Positions 11,204-23,319 of a stretch of 64,000 bases of DNA are shown here, piece after piece. A model generated the notes under the pieces. The model saw only the letters and a program-made list of their open reading frames with translations. It did not search any database and had not been told where the DNA came from. The stretch covers positions 930,001 to 994,000 of the forward strand of contig JAWMAR010000471.1 of assembly GCA_036785375.1 (NCBI GenBank), read 5' to 3'. Made by a program: the position numbers and the translations under genes. How positions within the stretch are numbered: the first letter of the stretch is position 1; every line of letters begins with the position of its first letter. The DNA comes from Leucoraja ocellata (taxonomy: Eukaryota).

Positions 11204-11738
11204 TCTCTCAGCACGCAGTGATATACGGCTCCGTCAGACAGCTCCACTCCAGCCAGGGTGAATGAACTTTCGCCTCTCGAAGCGTCGAGGGACGCGGAAA
11301 TTCGAGGACCCACAATTTGTGCCCTGGAAATGTTTCCGAAGGATGGGATGAGAATCAGGAAGGTGAAACCACTGTTGGGTTTCTGACGGTACAGATGCAA
11401 AGCATACATATCAGCAGTAGTTGAATACCTGCAGTTAATTTTCGCCGAGTCTCCTTCCACCGGCGTCAAGTTAGCCGGTTCCTGTGAGACTGAGTCTATG
11501 GCAACGCCACCTGCAATAATTTAAAAACACATCAACATTTTTGTATTTTAAATTAACACATCCCAATATTCGCGAGGAGAGGTTGGACATATTCAACTGA
11601 GATAGATCAAAGTCGAAGTAGCCGGCGGGGAGGTTTTCGATATCAGCGACACGTGATAAGGGAAACCGTATACTTTGCGAGCTTACTTGTGAAAAGAGCT
11701 ACAGCGAAATAAAACAAATGAGCACGAACTGCGAACAT
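11204..11738 (-). CDS. V1: TCR alpha/delta-type V gene segment (open frame, conserved Trp replaced by Leu)
   Basis: Leader exon 11738-11687 (MFAVRAHLFYFAVALFT + A|GTAAGC); V exon 11510-11204 (TTGCAG|GT): DSVSQEPANLTPVEGDSAKINCRYS...LHLYRQKP...DGAVYHCVLR. Confidence 0.9.
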
Positions 11739-12105
11739 GTCGGCCGGCGACCGTCCTGAACAAAGAGGACTGACTCTGAAATTGTTTGCAGTGAAGATAC
11801 TATGCGATATCCGGCCTCGCTGATTATTGCGTCGCTGCTGGCTTTGAATGAAGCATCCAATCAGCTTGCAGCTTCCATCCATCAAATGAAAATTAAGGCC
11901 GCTTGCAATTATCCAATCCGCTCGTAATAATTTGATCATATCTGAAAATATAATTGGTTGCGACTGCGAACAATGAAATGATTCGACATATAAAACTACT
12001 GAAGCTCTAGGCCTTTTCTTAGGACTAAATTGTGAGGTGAAGGTAAGTCACATGGTCCCCTCTCAAAGTTCAACACTCCAAAACAACTATTTACTGTTTT
12101 CCGTA

Positions 12106-14677
12106 TCTATCTATATTACTAAAAGTAAGATCTTGACCACTTCCTGTTTTCCTGTTTCATGATTTTTGAAAAAACGATGCCACTTACGGCTGTGATTTCT
12201 ATCCATCTTACTCAGAGTCCCGCTCCGCTGCGTAGTACACGACGATTTTTTTTCCCATCGATGAAAAATAAAAGAGTTATTAATATTTTTTAAATGTTGA
12301 CATTCTCTCTGCCGCCCCTGCTGGTGGGAGGGGGGAGGAACTATAAAACCCGGAAGTGATGTCCCTCACTCAGTCTCTGCAAGATTGAGGAAGTGAGAGG
12401 GTCACGTCTCTCTGAGCTGTGAATAACACTTAACACGTGTCCATTTAACTGTGAGTGCCCTTAATGTGATTTGAAAATGAAAATGTGGTTGCTTTGAAAT
12501 GCTGCACTGCAAATGGTTGTTGGTGGTGGCAACTGCTTTGAAATGTTGCACTGCAAATGGTTGTGGGTGGTGGTAACTGCTTTGAAATGCTGCACTGCAA
12601 TGGTTGTTGGTGGTGGTAACTTGACAACTTCCTGTTTGCAATGTATATTGATTTTAGATTAAACGCTACCAATTACGGCTGTGATTTTTGGCCATCTTAC
12701 TCAGTCCCCTGCATATCAGGTGCAGAGGATTCTTCCCATCAATTAAAAATAAAGGTGTTTTTAGAGTTTTTAAAAATGTTGAGAATCTCTCTCCTGTCAA
12801 TCACGCCATGAAAGCCACACCCTTTCCTTTGGGAGGGGGTGGGATAATAAAACCTGGAAGTATGGGTGTGGCTCAGTCTCTGCACGTTGGGGGAGGGAGA
12901 GGTCACTACTCTGTCTGAGGTGTGAATCAACTGAACACACTGAATATCTACTGAACTGTGAGTGTAGTGTTTTATGGTGGTTTTATGGTGGTTTTATGGT
13001 GGTTTCATCCTGCTTGAAATGGTATGAAACTGCATTTGAATTTGTTGGCCTTGCACCCTACTTGAAATGGTATGAAACTGCACTTCAATTTAGTTGTCTT
13101 GCACCCTGCTTGAAGTGGTATGAAACTGCACGTGGATTTGGTTGCCTTGCACCCTGCTTGACATGGCATTAATCAGCACTTGCATTTGTTGGCCTTGCAA
13201 CCTGCTTGAAGTGGCATGAAACTGCACTTGAGTTTGGTGGCCCTGCACCCTGCTTGGTGGTAGGAAACTGCACTTGAGTTTGGTGGCCCTGCACCCTGCT
13301 TGAAATGGTAGGAAACTGAACTTGAGTTACATGGCCCTGCACCCTGCTTAAAGTGGTATGAAACTGCACTTGAATTTGGTGGCCTTGCACCCTGCTTGAA
13401 GTGGTCAGAAACTGCACTTGAATTCGGTGGCCTTGCACCCTGCTTGAAATGGTAGGAAACTGCACCTGAATGTGGTAGCCTTGTACCCTGCTTGAGGTGG
13501 TATGAAACTGCAATTGAATTTGGTAGCCATGAACCCTGCTTGAAACTGCTCGCCCTCCAGCCGTGAGTGAGCTACCAGCATATCAGGCTTGAGTGACTGA
13601 GCTGTCACCCCAAGAATCCATTTGGCCAACAATGTCCATACTAGCCCTCTTGCAACCAGTCCCTTCAGCCCACAATACCCATACTAGCCCTCCAGAAAGC
13701 CCCCCCCCCCCCCCTCTACTGGCTACCAACATTTTAATTGGTGAAGAGGAGGANNNNNNNNNNNNNNNNNNNNNNNNNNNNNNNNNNNNNNNNNNNNNNN
13801 NNNNNNNNNNNNNNNNNNNNNNNNNNNNNNNNNNNNNNNNNNNNNNNNNNNNNNNNNNNNNNNNNNNNNNNNNNNNNNNNNNNNNNNNNNNNNNNNNNNN
13901 NNNNNNNNNNNNNNNNNNNNNNNNNNNNNNNNNNNNNNNNNNNNNNNNNNNNNNNNNNNNNNNNNNNNNNNNNNNNNNNNNNNNNNNNNNNNNNNNNNNN
14001 NNNNNNNNNNNNNNNNNNNNNNNNNNNNNNNNNNNNNNNNNNNNNNNNNNNNNNNNNNNNNNNNNNNNNNNNNNNNNNNNNNNNNNNNNNNNNTCCGGCT
14101 GCCGTCCGGATCCCTTTCTGCCTTTTGATTCGTGCCCGAAACTCGCAGATGTCCAATCGGAATGGCCGATGCTCGCAGATGTCCAATCGGAATGGATCCA
14201 TTTGCATGTACGGCTGCCGGCTGCATTTCTTCCTTTGATTCATTGCCACGCCCAATCCAGACGCTCAATCTCCGAGATCTTTTCCATTTCGGTAGAGATT
14301 TCGCTTTTCTTTCTAAGTATCCGCCCCTCATTACATTTCGTCATGCTGAAGTACACGTTTTTAATCAAATCCTACTCGCCCCCACCCCCAAGTATTTCAA
14401 GAATAAACTGGCTTCTCCATTTACATGTCAGCTTCCAACGCACTTCGAAACAAAGTTGCAAGACAGGAACACTCTGAACTTTTAACTGCTGCAGCAGGCA
14501 GGGTAGGTGCCATTGGATTGTTTTTTAATCCACTGCTGAGGGAGGCAGGGCAGTGCTGGAATCTTACTTTTGAGAACGGCTTCAGTTCCATTGGAGGAGA
14601 CGGGTGCATGGTGGAATATTGGGTTGGGGGATCACAACATTTGGAGAGCAGACCCAACGGGTCTGCACTTGGTCTAG
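12106..14677 (+). mobile_element. Non-autonomous Helitron(s) with internal minisatellites, spanning an assembly gap
   Basis: 5' A|TCTATCTATATTACTAAAA; 3' perfect hairpin GCAGACCC-AAC-GGGTCTGC followed by CTAG|T. The two ends may belong to different copies because of the gap at 13754-14093. Confidence 0.6.
13005..13545. repeat. 48-bp minisatellite, about 11 copies
   Basis: Unit GCACCCTGCTTGAAATGGTATGAAACTGCACTTGAATTTGGTGGCCTT; a separate array with a unit of about 44 bp lies at about 12490-12630. Confidence 0.9.
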
Positions 14678-15019
14678 TATATTACTAAATCTCTGTTCTT
14701 GACTGCTTTTGGCCGTCTGTGCTGCGATTTCCGAGAAAACGCCGCCACCTACGGCCGTCATTTTGGCCACCTTGCTCAGAGCACCCCTCCGCCGCATGTG
14801 TGCCGAGGATCTTTCCCGTCGATGAACAATGACAGAGATATTAATGTTTTTACAAAATTCCCCATTCTCTCTGCTGCCCCCGCTGGCAGCAGAGGGACTA
14901 TAAAACGAGGAAGTGGTGTTCCTCACTCACTCTTCAAGATGGAGGAAGGCAGAGGGTTACGTTTCTCTGAACTGTGAATAACACTGACCACATGTCTACT
15001 GAAATGTGAGTGCCCTTAG

Positions 15020-15850
15020 TGGTTCTTAAATGCTTGCAAAAAGTGTCTATTGGTTCTAAAATGTTTGCAAAAAGTGTCTATTGGTTCTTAAATGCTTGCA
15101 AAAAGTGTCTATTGGTTCTAAAATGTTTGCAAAAAGTGTCTATTGGTTCTAAAATGTTTGCAAAAAGTGTCTATTGGTTTTACAGCTTGCAAAAAATGTC
15201 TATTGGCTCTAAAGCTTGCAAAAAATGTCTATTGGTTCTAAAGCTTGCCAAAAATGTCTATTGGTTCTAAAGCTTGCAAAAAGTGACTATTGGGTCTAAA
15301 ATGCATGCAAAAATGTATATTGGTTCTAATGCTTGCAAAAACATGTCTAATGGTTCGAAAGCTTGTAAAAATGACTATTGGTTCCAAAATGCTTGCAAAA
15401 AATGTATATTGGTTCTAAAGCTTGCAAAAAGTGTCTATTGTTTCCAAAATGCTTGCAAAAACGGTCTATCGGTTATAAAATGTTTGCAAAAAGTATCTCT
15501 TTTCGTTCTATAATGCTTGCAGAATGTGTCTTTTTCGTTCTAAAATACTTGCAAAAAAAGTCTATATGTTCTAAAATGCTTGCAAAAAATGTCTATTGGT
15601 TCTAAAGCTTGCAAAAAATGTCTATTGGTTCTAAATGCTTGTAAAAGTGTATATTGGTTCTAAATGCTTGCAAAAGGTGTCTATTGGTTCTAAAATGTTT
15701 GCAAAAAGTGTCTCTTTTGGTTCTACAATGCTTGCAGATTGTGTATTTTTTGGTTCTACAATGTTTGCAAAAAGTGCCTCTTTTGGTTCTACAATGCTTG
15801 CAAAAAATGTCTATTGGTTCTAAAGCTTGCAAAAAATGTTTATTGGTCCA
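15020..15850. repeat. Minisatellite with a unit of about 31-33 bp
   Basis: Unit TTGGTTCTAAAATGCTTGCAAAAAGTGTCTA, inside a Helitron-like sequence that starts at about 14678. Confidence 0.9.
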
Positions 15851-16068
15851 ATCGGCTCTGAAATTCTCTGTATTCTCCCACTGAGCACACGTCACAATCT
15901 GGAGCAGGGAGGTACGTCAAGTCAAGCCCAAGCAGACGTAGGCTATCGTTCTATCGATTATCAGCAGGAGTTCCGTTGCTGCAGCGCATCACCTGCTCTC
16001 CACGCACTACGAGCGATGTTGCACAGGTGTCTGAAACAAAAAAGGACTGACTTCGGGAAAGAGTAAAA

Positions 16069-17834
16069 ATGGGAGTCTTTGTACTCGCTGCACTGTGGAT
16101 GAGGTTCATCGTCGGTAAGGCTGTTATGTTTTTCCCCAATATAACTAACGTTCTGGGGTCTGGAGAGTTGACCAATTTCACGGTCACGGAGATTCAGATG
16201 AAAGACACAGATATATCGAAAACCCCTGGGTTGGCTGACCACTGGTCGGTTCTGTTGGGATGAGTGGTTTTCCCGTGGGGTAGGAAGGCCGTAAGCACCG
16301 ATCACAAAAAGAAAGTGTCGATTGCATGGAGATGAAGACAACGGATTCACCTGCGTGGTATTGGCAGCAAATGCAATGGAGCAACATACCAGTTGGTCCA
16401 CGATAAACTGCGCGATTTGTGGCGAAACTTCTTCATCTGCAGTCGAATTAAAAATATCCCAGTCGGCTGCAAAACATGCAAATATCATTTGCGACGATAT
16501 TGCCACGAATCGGGAGGCAGAGCTACAGGGATAGTTTAGGCAGGCGACAATTGTATTCCGTGGAGCGCAGACATTGAGTGGTAATAGCCGGAGGTGTGTA
16601 AATTAGGAGGGGCATTGAGAGTAGCAGGAAAATGAAGATTCCGAGCGTAGGTTTAAAGCGGGAGCGGTAAGATTTAATAGGGCCGTAAGTGGCCACTTCT
16701 TCTAAAGCGGGCGGTGTGTATTTGGACCGAGCTACCAAAAGATGTAGGTGAAACTGAGAGTTGAATCGGGTGTCAGGGGTTATGGGGGGAATGCAGGGAA
16801 ATGGGTTAGGAGGGAGAGATAGATCGACCATGATCGAATGGCGGAGTACACTTGATGGACAGAATGGCCCAATTGTGTTCCCATCACTTATGACCTGATG
16901 CCCTTATGACAATAACAGCATTCAAAATAATTTTTGAACTGGCAACGAACAGACACCTTTAAGAGGGATATGAGGCAAACGTGGATAAAATATTTAAGAA
17001 TAAGGGGTCGGCCACTTAGGACTGAGATGAAGAAAATCTTTTTCATTCAGAAAGTTCTGAATCTGTGGAATTCTCTGCCACCGAAGGCAGTGGAGCCCAA
17101 GTCAAAGGATTTTTTTCGTGAGGAAGTTAGATTTAGCTCTTTGGTCTGACTGAATCAGAGGATATGAGGAGAAAGCTGGCACGGGGTACTGATTGTGGTT
17201 GATCAGCCATGCTCTTATTGAATGGTGGTGCCGGTTCGAAGGGCCGAATGGCCTACTCCTGCAACTATTGTCTATGTTTCTATGTTTAAAAGGCTGTGGC
17301 TAAGATTGGACAGCTCGATCGAAGTGGTTGTGTATGTGTGCGTTGTTTGATTCAATGGATCCCCGTATCAGATATACTCGTGGAATAACACATATGCTAT
17401 ACATATACAGTGAACACATATATAACACATACAGTGAACTATGTTACATTTTATGTGAATACGAACGCGCGCTTTCCCGCCGATGAGGATTGTATTCAAT
17501 GTTCCGACTAATGTTCTTATTTCGTGTCCCAGATCGCAGCTGTGCCGATTCCGTGACACAACGAGAGCCCGCCGTCCAGCGGTTGGAGGGCGACCATGTC
17601 ACTTTTATTTGCACCTATACCAGTGAAGCCTATTATTTATACTGGTACCGTCAGTACCCAGGCAGAAGGCCAGAGTTCGTCGTGTGGAGAGACCCTGGCG
17701 GCAAGTATCACTTTCAAGCGGAATTCGCTAAACGTCGCTTTGTTGATGTGATGGATAACACAGCGAGAGAGTATCGACTAACCATTCCTGGGCCACGGTT
17801 GTCCGATGTAGCGGTATATTACTGCGCAGCGGCT
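16069..17834 (+). CDS. V2: TCR alpha/delta-type V gene segment
   Basis: V exon 17533-17834 (CCCAG|AT): RSCA-DSVTQREPAVQRLEGDHVTFICTY...YWYRQYPGRRPEF...DVAVYYCAAA. Probable leader 16069-16114 (MGVFVLAALWMRFIV + G|GTAAGG). The leader assignment is less certain because the intron is 1.4 kb and contains CR1 pieces. Confidence 0.88.
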
Positions 17835-17873
17835 CACAGTGATAGGTGCGAGCTAAATCCTCGTACAATAATT
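17835..17873 (+). other. 23-RSS of V2
   Basis: CACAGTG + 23 nt + ACAATAATT. Confidence 0.88.
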
Positions 17874-18100
17874 GTCGTTTCAGGGGCACAGGTGTTGTAG
17901 GTTGCGGGCAACTTACAACCGCTGATGCGGCACTAACAGTAGAATGCAATTACTGTGCGCATAGAATGCAAGCGGAAACCTCATCGTCTCGACTTGAAAC
18001 AATGCACACAGAGTCCTGAATTCAAAGTCAAAGTCACAGTAGCCTTTATTGTCATTCAGACATTTCGGTCTGAACGAAATTTCGTTGCCATGCAGTCCTA

Positions 18101-18504
18101 TCTATTATATATTAAAACTATGTGGCTGCCGCCTGCCGCCTGGCGTCCGGCTGCCTTTCTGCCTTTTGATTCGCTGCTCCTTCCTATCAGCTTCCAACAC
18201 ACTTCAAAACAAAGTTGCAAGACAGGAAAACTCTGAGCTTTTCACCTCAATGGGATATCACAACAAGTGCTTCAACAGGAGGGGGAGGGCCAATTGGTAT
18301 TGCGATTGGAACTGCTGCAGCAGGCAGGGTAGGTGCAATTGCACTTTGTTTTCAATCCACTGCTGAGGGAGGCAGGGGAGTGCTGGAATCTTACATTTGG
18401 GAACGGGTTCAGTTCCGTTGGAGGAGACGGGTGCATGGTGGAATATTGGGTTGGGGGATAACTCCGTTGGGGTGGCAGACCCAACGGGTCTGCACTTGGG
18501 CTAG
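18101..18504 (+). mobile_element. Non-autonomous Helitron, about 400 bp
   Basis: A|TC 5' end, hairpin at 18475-18493, CTAG|T 3' end, no target duplication; body matches about 14095-14677. Confidence 0.8.
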
Positions 18505-18859
18505 TATATAATAAAAAAAGACAGAGGCACACAATAAACACAAATGTCACATCCACCACAGTGGGTTCACCAGGCACCTCCTCACTGTGATGGAAGGCAA
18601 AAATCTTAAAGTCCTTCCAACGGTTGTATGAGCCGGTGCTGTCTCTTCCTGCAGCTCAGAACCTCAATTGTTAGTCAGTTGATTCGCTTGTTCCAACAAC
18701 CTGTTGTTTCTGGGCTCCACTTGATCAGCGGCAGCTTTCGTTAAGCGTGGAACCGAATCTCGGTGGAGATGTCACACTGCAATATAGATAGAGAGCGAGG
18801 GCAGGTGGAGTATAGACAGCATTTAATGTTCAAAGTAAACATCGCTTGTCCAGTGGTGA

Positions 18860-19520
18860 TGTGGACCTGCTGCAGGCAGTGAAGAAAGCGAATGGCATGT
18901 TGGCCTTCAGAACAAGAGGAGTTGAGAAGAGGAGCAAGAAGGCCCTTCTGCAATTGTACAGCGCCCGAGTGAGACCACACTTGGAATATCGTGTGCTGTT
19001 TTGCTCCCTTAAATTGAGGAAGGACATTCTTGCTATTGAGATAGTGCAACTACGTTCACCAGGTTAATTTCCGGGATGGCGGGACTGTCATAAGCTGAGA
19101 GAATGGAGCGGCTGGGCTTGCATTCTTTGGAATTTAGAAGGATGAGAGGGTATCGTCTTGAAACATATAATATTATTAAGGGTTTGGACGCGCTAGGGGC
19201 AGGAACGATGATCCCGATTTTGGGGGAGTCCAGAACTAGTGTCCACATATTAAGAATAAAGGGTTCGCCATTTAGAACGGAGATGTGGAAACGCTTTTTC
19301 ACACAGAGATTTGTGAATGTTGAATTATCTGCTCCAGAGGGCGGTGGAGGTCGGTTCTCTGTATACTTTCAAGAGAGAGCTAGATAGGGCTCGAGTCAGG
19401 GGATATGGGGAAAAGGCAGGAACGAGGTACTGATTGTGGATGATCAGCCATGATTACATTGAAGGGCGGTGCCGGCTAGAAGGGCCGAATAGCCTACTCC
19501 TACACATATTGTCTATTGTT
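18860..19520 (+). mobile_element. CR1-like LINE 3' fragment
   Basis: QAVKKANGMLAF...VRPHLEY...LEFRRMRG. Confidence 0.85.
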
Positions 19521-19969
19521 ATTATATCCAGTCACACATGATGAAGTAGATCAATGGCCCAATTTACTGCCATCGCAACTGAATAAAGCGACGGACGTAC
19601 GTCCCTAATGTTTCCGGATATTTTGAAGAGCTGGTGAGCAAATGTAGATGGTCCAATAATCAGACACGATGATAATTATGCGTTCTGCGTAGCGGAACAA
19701 ATAAGGGAATTTTTTACATAAGCTGAGAATGCTAGTCCAAAACTGGAAAATGGATCGTGCGACCGTATGTGGTGTGAATAAATAGAATTTCAATTACAAG
19801 CATAGGAACATGGATAGGACAGGTTGGGAGGGATTTGGACCAAAAGCTGGCAGGTGGGCCCAATGTCGCAGGGGCATGTTTGCCGGTATGGGCAAGTTGG
19901 GCCGACGTGCCTGTTATCACAGTGTATCACTGGATGACATAAGCACTGCTCGCGAACCCGGTGGTTTAA

Positions 19970-19971
<2 letters not shown>

Positions 19972-20012
<41 letters not shown>

Positions 20013-20036
20013 TCTCTCACACACACACACACACAC
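19972..20036. repeat. (TC)n(AC)n microsatellite
   Basis: Directly visible in the sequence. Confidence 0.95.
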
Positions 20037-20397
20037 GCGCCGCCACACTCATACCGGCACACGGGCGCACTCGGGCATACACACACGCAAACACATGAAC
20101 GCGCACGCACGGACGCTAACGAGCACACACCGGCGGACNNNNNNNNNNNNNNNNNNNNNNNNNNNNNNNNNNNNNNNNNNNNNNNNNNNNNNNNNNNNNN
20201 NNNNNNNNNNNNNNNNNNNNNNNNNNNNNNNNNNNNNNNNNNNNNNNNNNNNNNNNNNNNNNNNNNNNNNNNNNNNNNNNNNNNNNNNNNNNNNNNNNNN
20301 NNNNNNNNNNNNNNNNNNNNNNNNNNNNNNNNNNCTTTCAGTTTTTCTGCTCGTCTGATCGCCTTCTGGTGGACATTAAGGGTATTTCTCCGGGGGG

Positions 20398-20436
20398 AGT
20401 TTTTGTTCGTGTTCTCTCTACCTCTGCAGCAGTGTG
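20398..20436 (-). other. 23-RSS of V3
   Basis: CACACTG + 23 nt + ACAAAAACT. Confidence 0.93.
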
Positions 20437-20915
20437 GGGCTCATGGCACAGATATACACGGCCGAGTCGGAGATCACGGCGTCACCGATTGTTAACTCTG
20501 TAACTTTCGTCAATTTATCGTAAGTGGAGGAAAAGCGGTCGGTGATGTCGCTATTTCTGTCTAGCTTCCCTGCGATAATACGAAGAAGGTAGTGCGGAGG
20601 CCGCATGAGGATCTGCTTGTACCAGAAAACATAAGGGTTCGTATCCGTGGTTTTCAACTCACAACTTAGTGTGACTTTACTTTTCTCCGTGCAATTCGTT
20701 TCAGAGACCGATTGTTCCACCGTGTCCTGGAGGCTCCTGTCTAAGATAAACAATAGATCAGATGCCATATTTATCTTAATTAAACTACTAATCAGTACCC
20801 CGCCTATCGAAATGTTGGATCACAGAGATACAGCGAGGCGTTCCATTTTAGTGGAAAGGAAATTCTTACCTAGAAGCGACATAACGATAAAGAACGGCGC
20901 GAGACGAATGTTCAT
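20437..20915 (-). CDS. V3: TCR alpha/delta-type V gene segment
   Basis: Leader 20915-20870 (MNIRLAPFFIVMSLL + G|GTAAGA); V exon 20740-20437 (TCTTAG|AC): DTVEQSVSETNCTEKSKVTLSCEL...FWYKQ...DSAVYICAMS. Confidence 0.92.
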
Positions 20916-21519
20916 GATCTTACTCTCTGCGTCTTCTATCTCTGAATGTGGGGAAACTCACTATCTAAGCAGAAATTTAATTCCACCGCCCCACTAGCCT
21001 GCTGATTCAACCAATTACAAGCGGCAATTCCACGGTAACAAGCACCCAGTGACACATGGCAGGAAAGGAGATCCAACCCACGGCGGGACGCAAAAGACCA
21101 AATCGCGAGTGCTTACCAGCAGGGGACTTGGAACGCCGCCCAGCGGTGAACGGAGGTAGGGGAGTTGGTGATCGGTTACCGGGGGCGAACGGCGCTTGCT
21201 TACAGTCAGTAGCAGCGCGCAGTGAGTGGGACAAACTACAGCGAAGGCACAGCTGCGGAGGGTGAAAGCAATGCGATTTTTACCTCTATCTATTCCATTC
21301 CTCTACTTGGTGTAGTTGAATTTGATTTGATTGTACTGATGTATATTATTTTCGGCACTGATTGGATAGCGTGCAACTAATTGTTTTTTTCATTTCATCG
21401 CTCTCCACGTGAAAATAATAACCATGATATTTAAACTAAATTTTTTTTGCGGATATTAAAGGTAAATGCAATTTTTTAGAGGTGCAGAATCTGCTTCAAT
21501 GACACTAGAGTACACCCTT

Positions 21520-22005
21520 ATCCGTATCCCGTGAGTCTCCTCCAACCTCATCTATTGCATCCGCTGCTCTAGATGTCAGCTGATCTACATCGGTGACAAG
21601 CGCAGGCCGGCGATCGTTCCGCCGAACACCTCCGCTCGGTCCGCAATAACCAACCTGGCCTCCCGGTGGCTCAGCACTTCCCCCTCCCATTCCTCATCCG
21701 ACCTCTCTGTCCTGGGTCTCCTCCATGGCCAGAGCGAGCAATACCGGGAATTGGAGGAACAGCACCTCGTATTCCGCTTGGGGAGTCTGCATCCTGCGGA
21801 AATGAACATTGAATTCTCCCAATTCTGTTAGCCCTGGCTGTCTTTGCCCCTTCCTCAGCCCTCGGGCGGTCTCCTCCTCCTTTTTCCTTTCTTCTCCCCG
21901 CCACACCCCATCAGTCTGAAGAAGGATTTCGGTACGAAACGTTGCCTATTTCCTTTGCTCCATAGATGCTGCTGCACCCGCTGAGTTTCTCCAGCATTTT
22001 TGTGT
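21520..22005 (+). mobile_element. Penelope-like element 3' fragment (GIY-YIG endonuclease and terminal repeat)
   Basis: Translates IYCIRCSRCQLIYIGD...AEHLRSVR...ELEEQHLVFRLGSLHPAEMNIEFS, followed by a CTGAAGAAGG...CGAAACG motif. Confidence 0.8.
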
Positions 22006-22779
22006 ACGTCCCGTGACAATATGCTTATTGCTCTACAGCCCATGATGATTATTTGGTGGTGTGGACGTTGTGTTTTGGCGATTTGGCGAAGTGGTGCCAT
22101 ATGAAGGCGGAATTCGATTGCATTTAACATTGCCGAGGTAATCTAATACATATTCCACAAGGTGGCAACAATGTCTCGGTAATAATCGTCAGCCATGTTA
22201 CAGATGCTGTTCAATAACTTCAGATGTGATCAGTAACTTCGCTTTTACTAACTCAGTTATTTTCAATTTATCACATTTTATCATTTTCTAATGCACTTTT
22301 ATGTCTGTTTTTCTCCCCATATATGTTTCCGGAGTCGGATTACAAGCATTACCTGTGCATGGTTAACGCACTTCCCGTTGCAAGTTTGCACTGGTGTCTT
22401 CCAACTCAATACACTAAGTTGCGCACTCCGTTGAACAGTTGTCAGCCCGGCGCATACCTTTCCCCATTTCGAAACATAGAAAAATAGATGCATTCGTAGG
22501 CCATTCGGCCCTTCGAGTCAGCATCGCTATTCAATGTGATCATGGCTGATCATCTAAAAGCAGTACCCCGTTCCGGCCTTTTCCTCATATCCCCTGACTC
22601 CGCTATATTCAAGAGCTCTATCTAACTCTCTCTTGAAAGTATCCAGAGAACCGTCCTCCACCGCCCTAAGAACTAGATCTAACTCGCTCTTGAAGAGAGA
22701 TATTTAATTTGCCTTAATAAATATCAAACAAGTACAAACAATAAACATGCGTATTATTCCACAATGTTCTACAGGTTTA

Positions 22780-23140
22780 CATAGAAACATAGAAACATAG
22801 AAAATAGGTGCAGGAGTATGCCATTCGGCCCTTCCAGCCTGCACCGCCATTCAATATGATGGCTGATCATCCAACTCAGTATCCTGTACCTGCCTTCTCT
22901 CCATACCCCCTAATCCCTTTAGCCACAAGGGTCACATCTAACACTTTCTTAAATATAGCCAATGAACTGGCCACAACTACCTTCTGTGAATTCCACAGAT
23001 TCACCACTCTCCATGTGAAAAATGTTTTTCGCATCTCGGTCCTAAAAGATTTCCCCCTTATCCTTAAACTGTGACCCGTTGTTCTGGACTTCCCCAACAT
23101 CGGGAACAATCTTCCTGCATCTAGCCTGTCCATCCCCTTA
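22780..23140 (-). mobile_element. CR1-like LINE 3' end
   Basis: DRLDAGRLFPMLGKSRTTGHSL with a (CATAGAAA)n tail. Confidence 0.85.
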
Positions 23141-23319
23141 ATCTCCGTCACTCATGCACTCACCACGTGGTCAGTGATATCCGGGGCACCGCCCTAAGCA
23201 CGTGAACCAGATCACTGAAGGCGTTTCACTGCAGTCCTTTGGAACAATCTCCAAGACCCGTCGAGGGCCGCTGTATAGATCTCCCGTTTACACAACCACT
23301 CGGTCCTTGAGCGAGAAAG

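Noticed and set aside
13169-13513. ORF with a 16-aa periodic pattern
   Set aside because: It is the translation of the 48-bp minisatellite.
13593-14477. Long ORFs spanning N runs (also 41723-42652 and 51969-52895)
   Set aside because: Their length is an artefact of translating assembly gaps.
15020-15850. Regular repeats that could be mistaken for a CRISPR array
   Set aside because: Head-to-tail units with no unique spacers, in a eukaryotic context.
16115-16534. V-like peptide snippets (GSGELTNFTVTEIQMKDT, AWYWQQ, VELKISQ) in the proposed V2 intron
   Set aside because: Order and frames are inconsistent, with no YYC or RSS; not supportable without an alignment.
17533-17834. V2 as a leaderless NAR-TCR supporting V-delta
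   Set aside because: A plausible leader exists at 16069-16114, there is no extra CDR1 cysteine, and no upstream NAR V-D-J block was seen.
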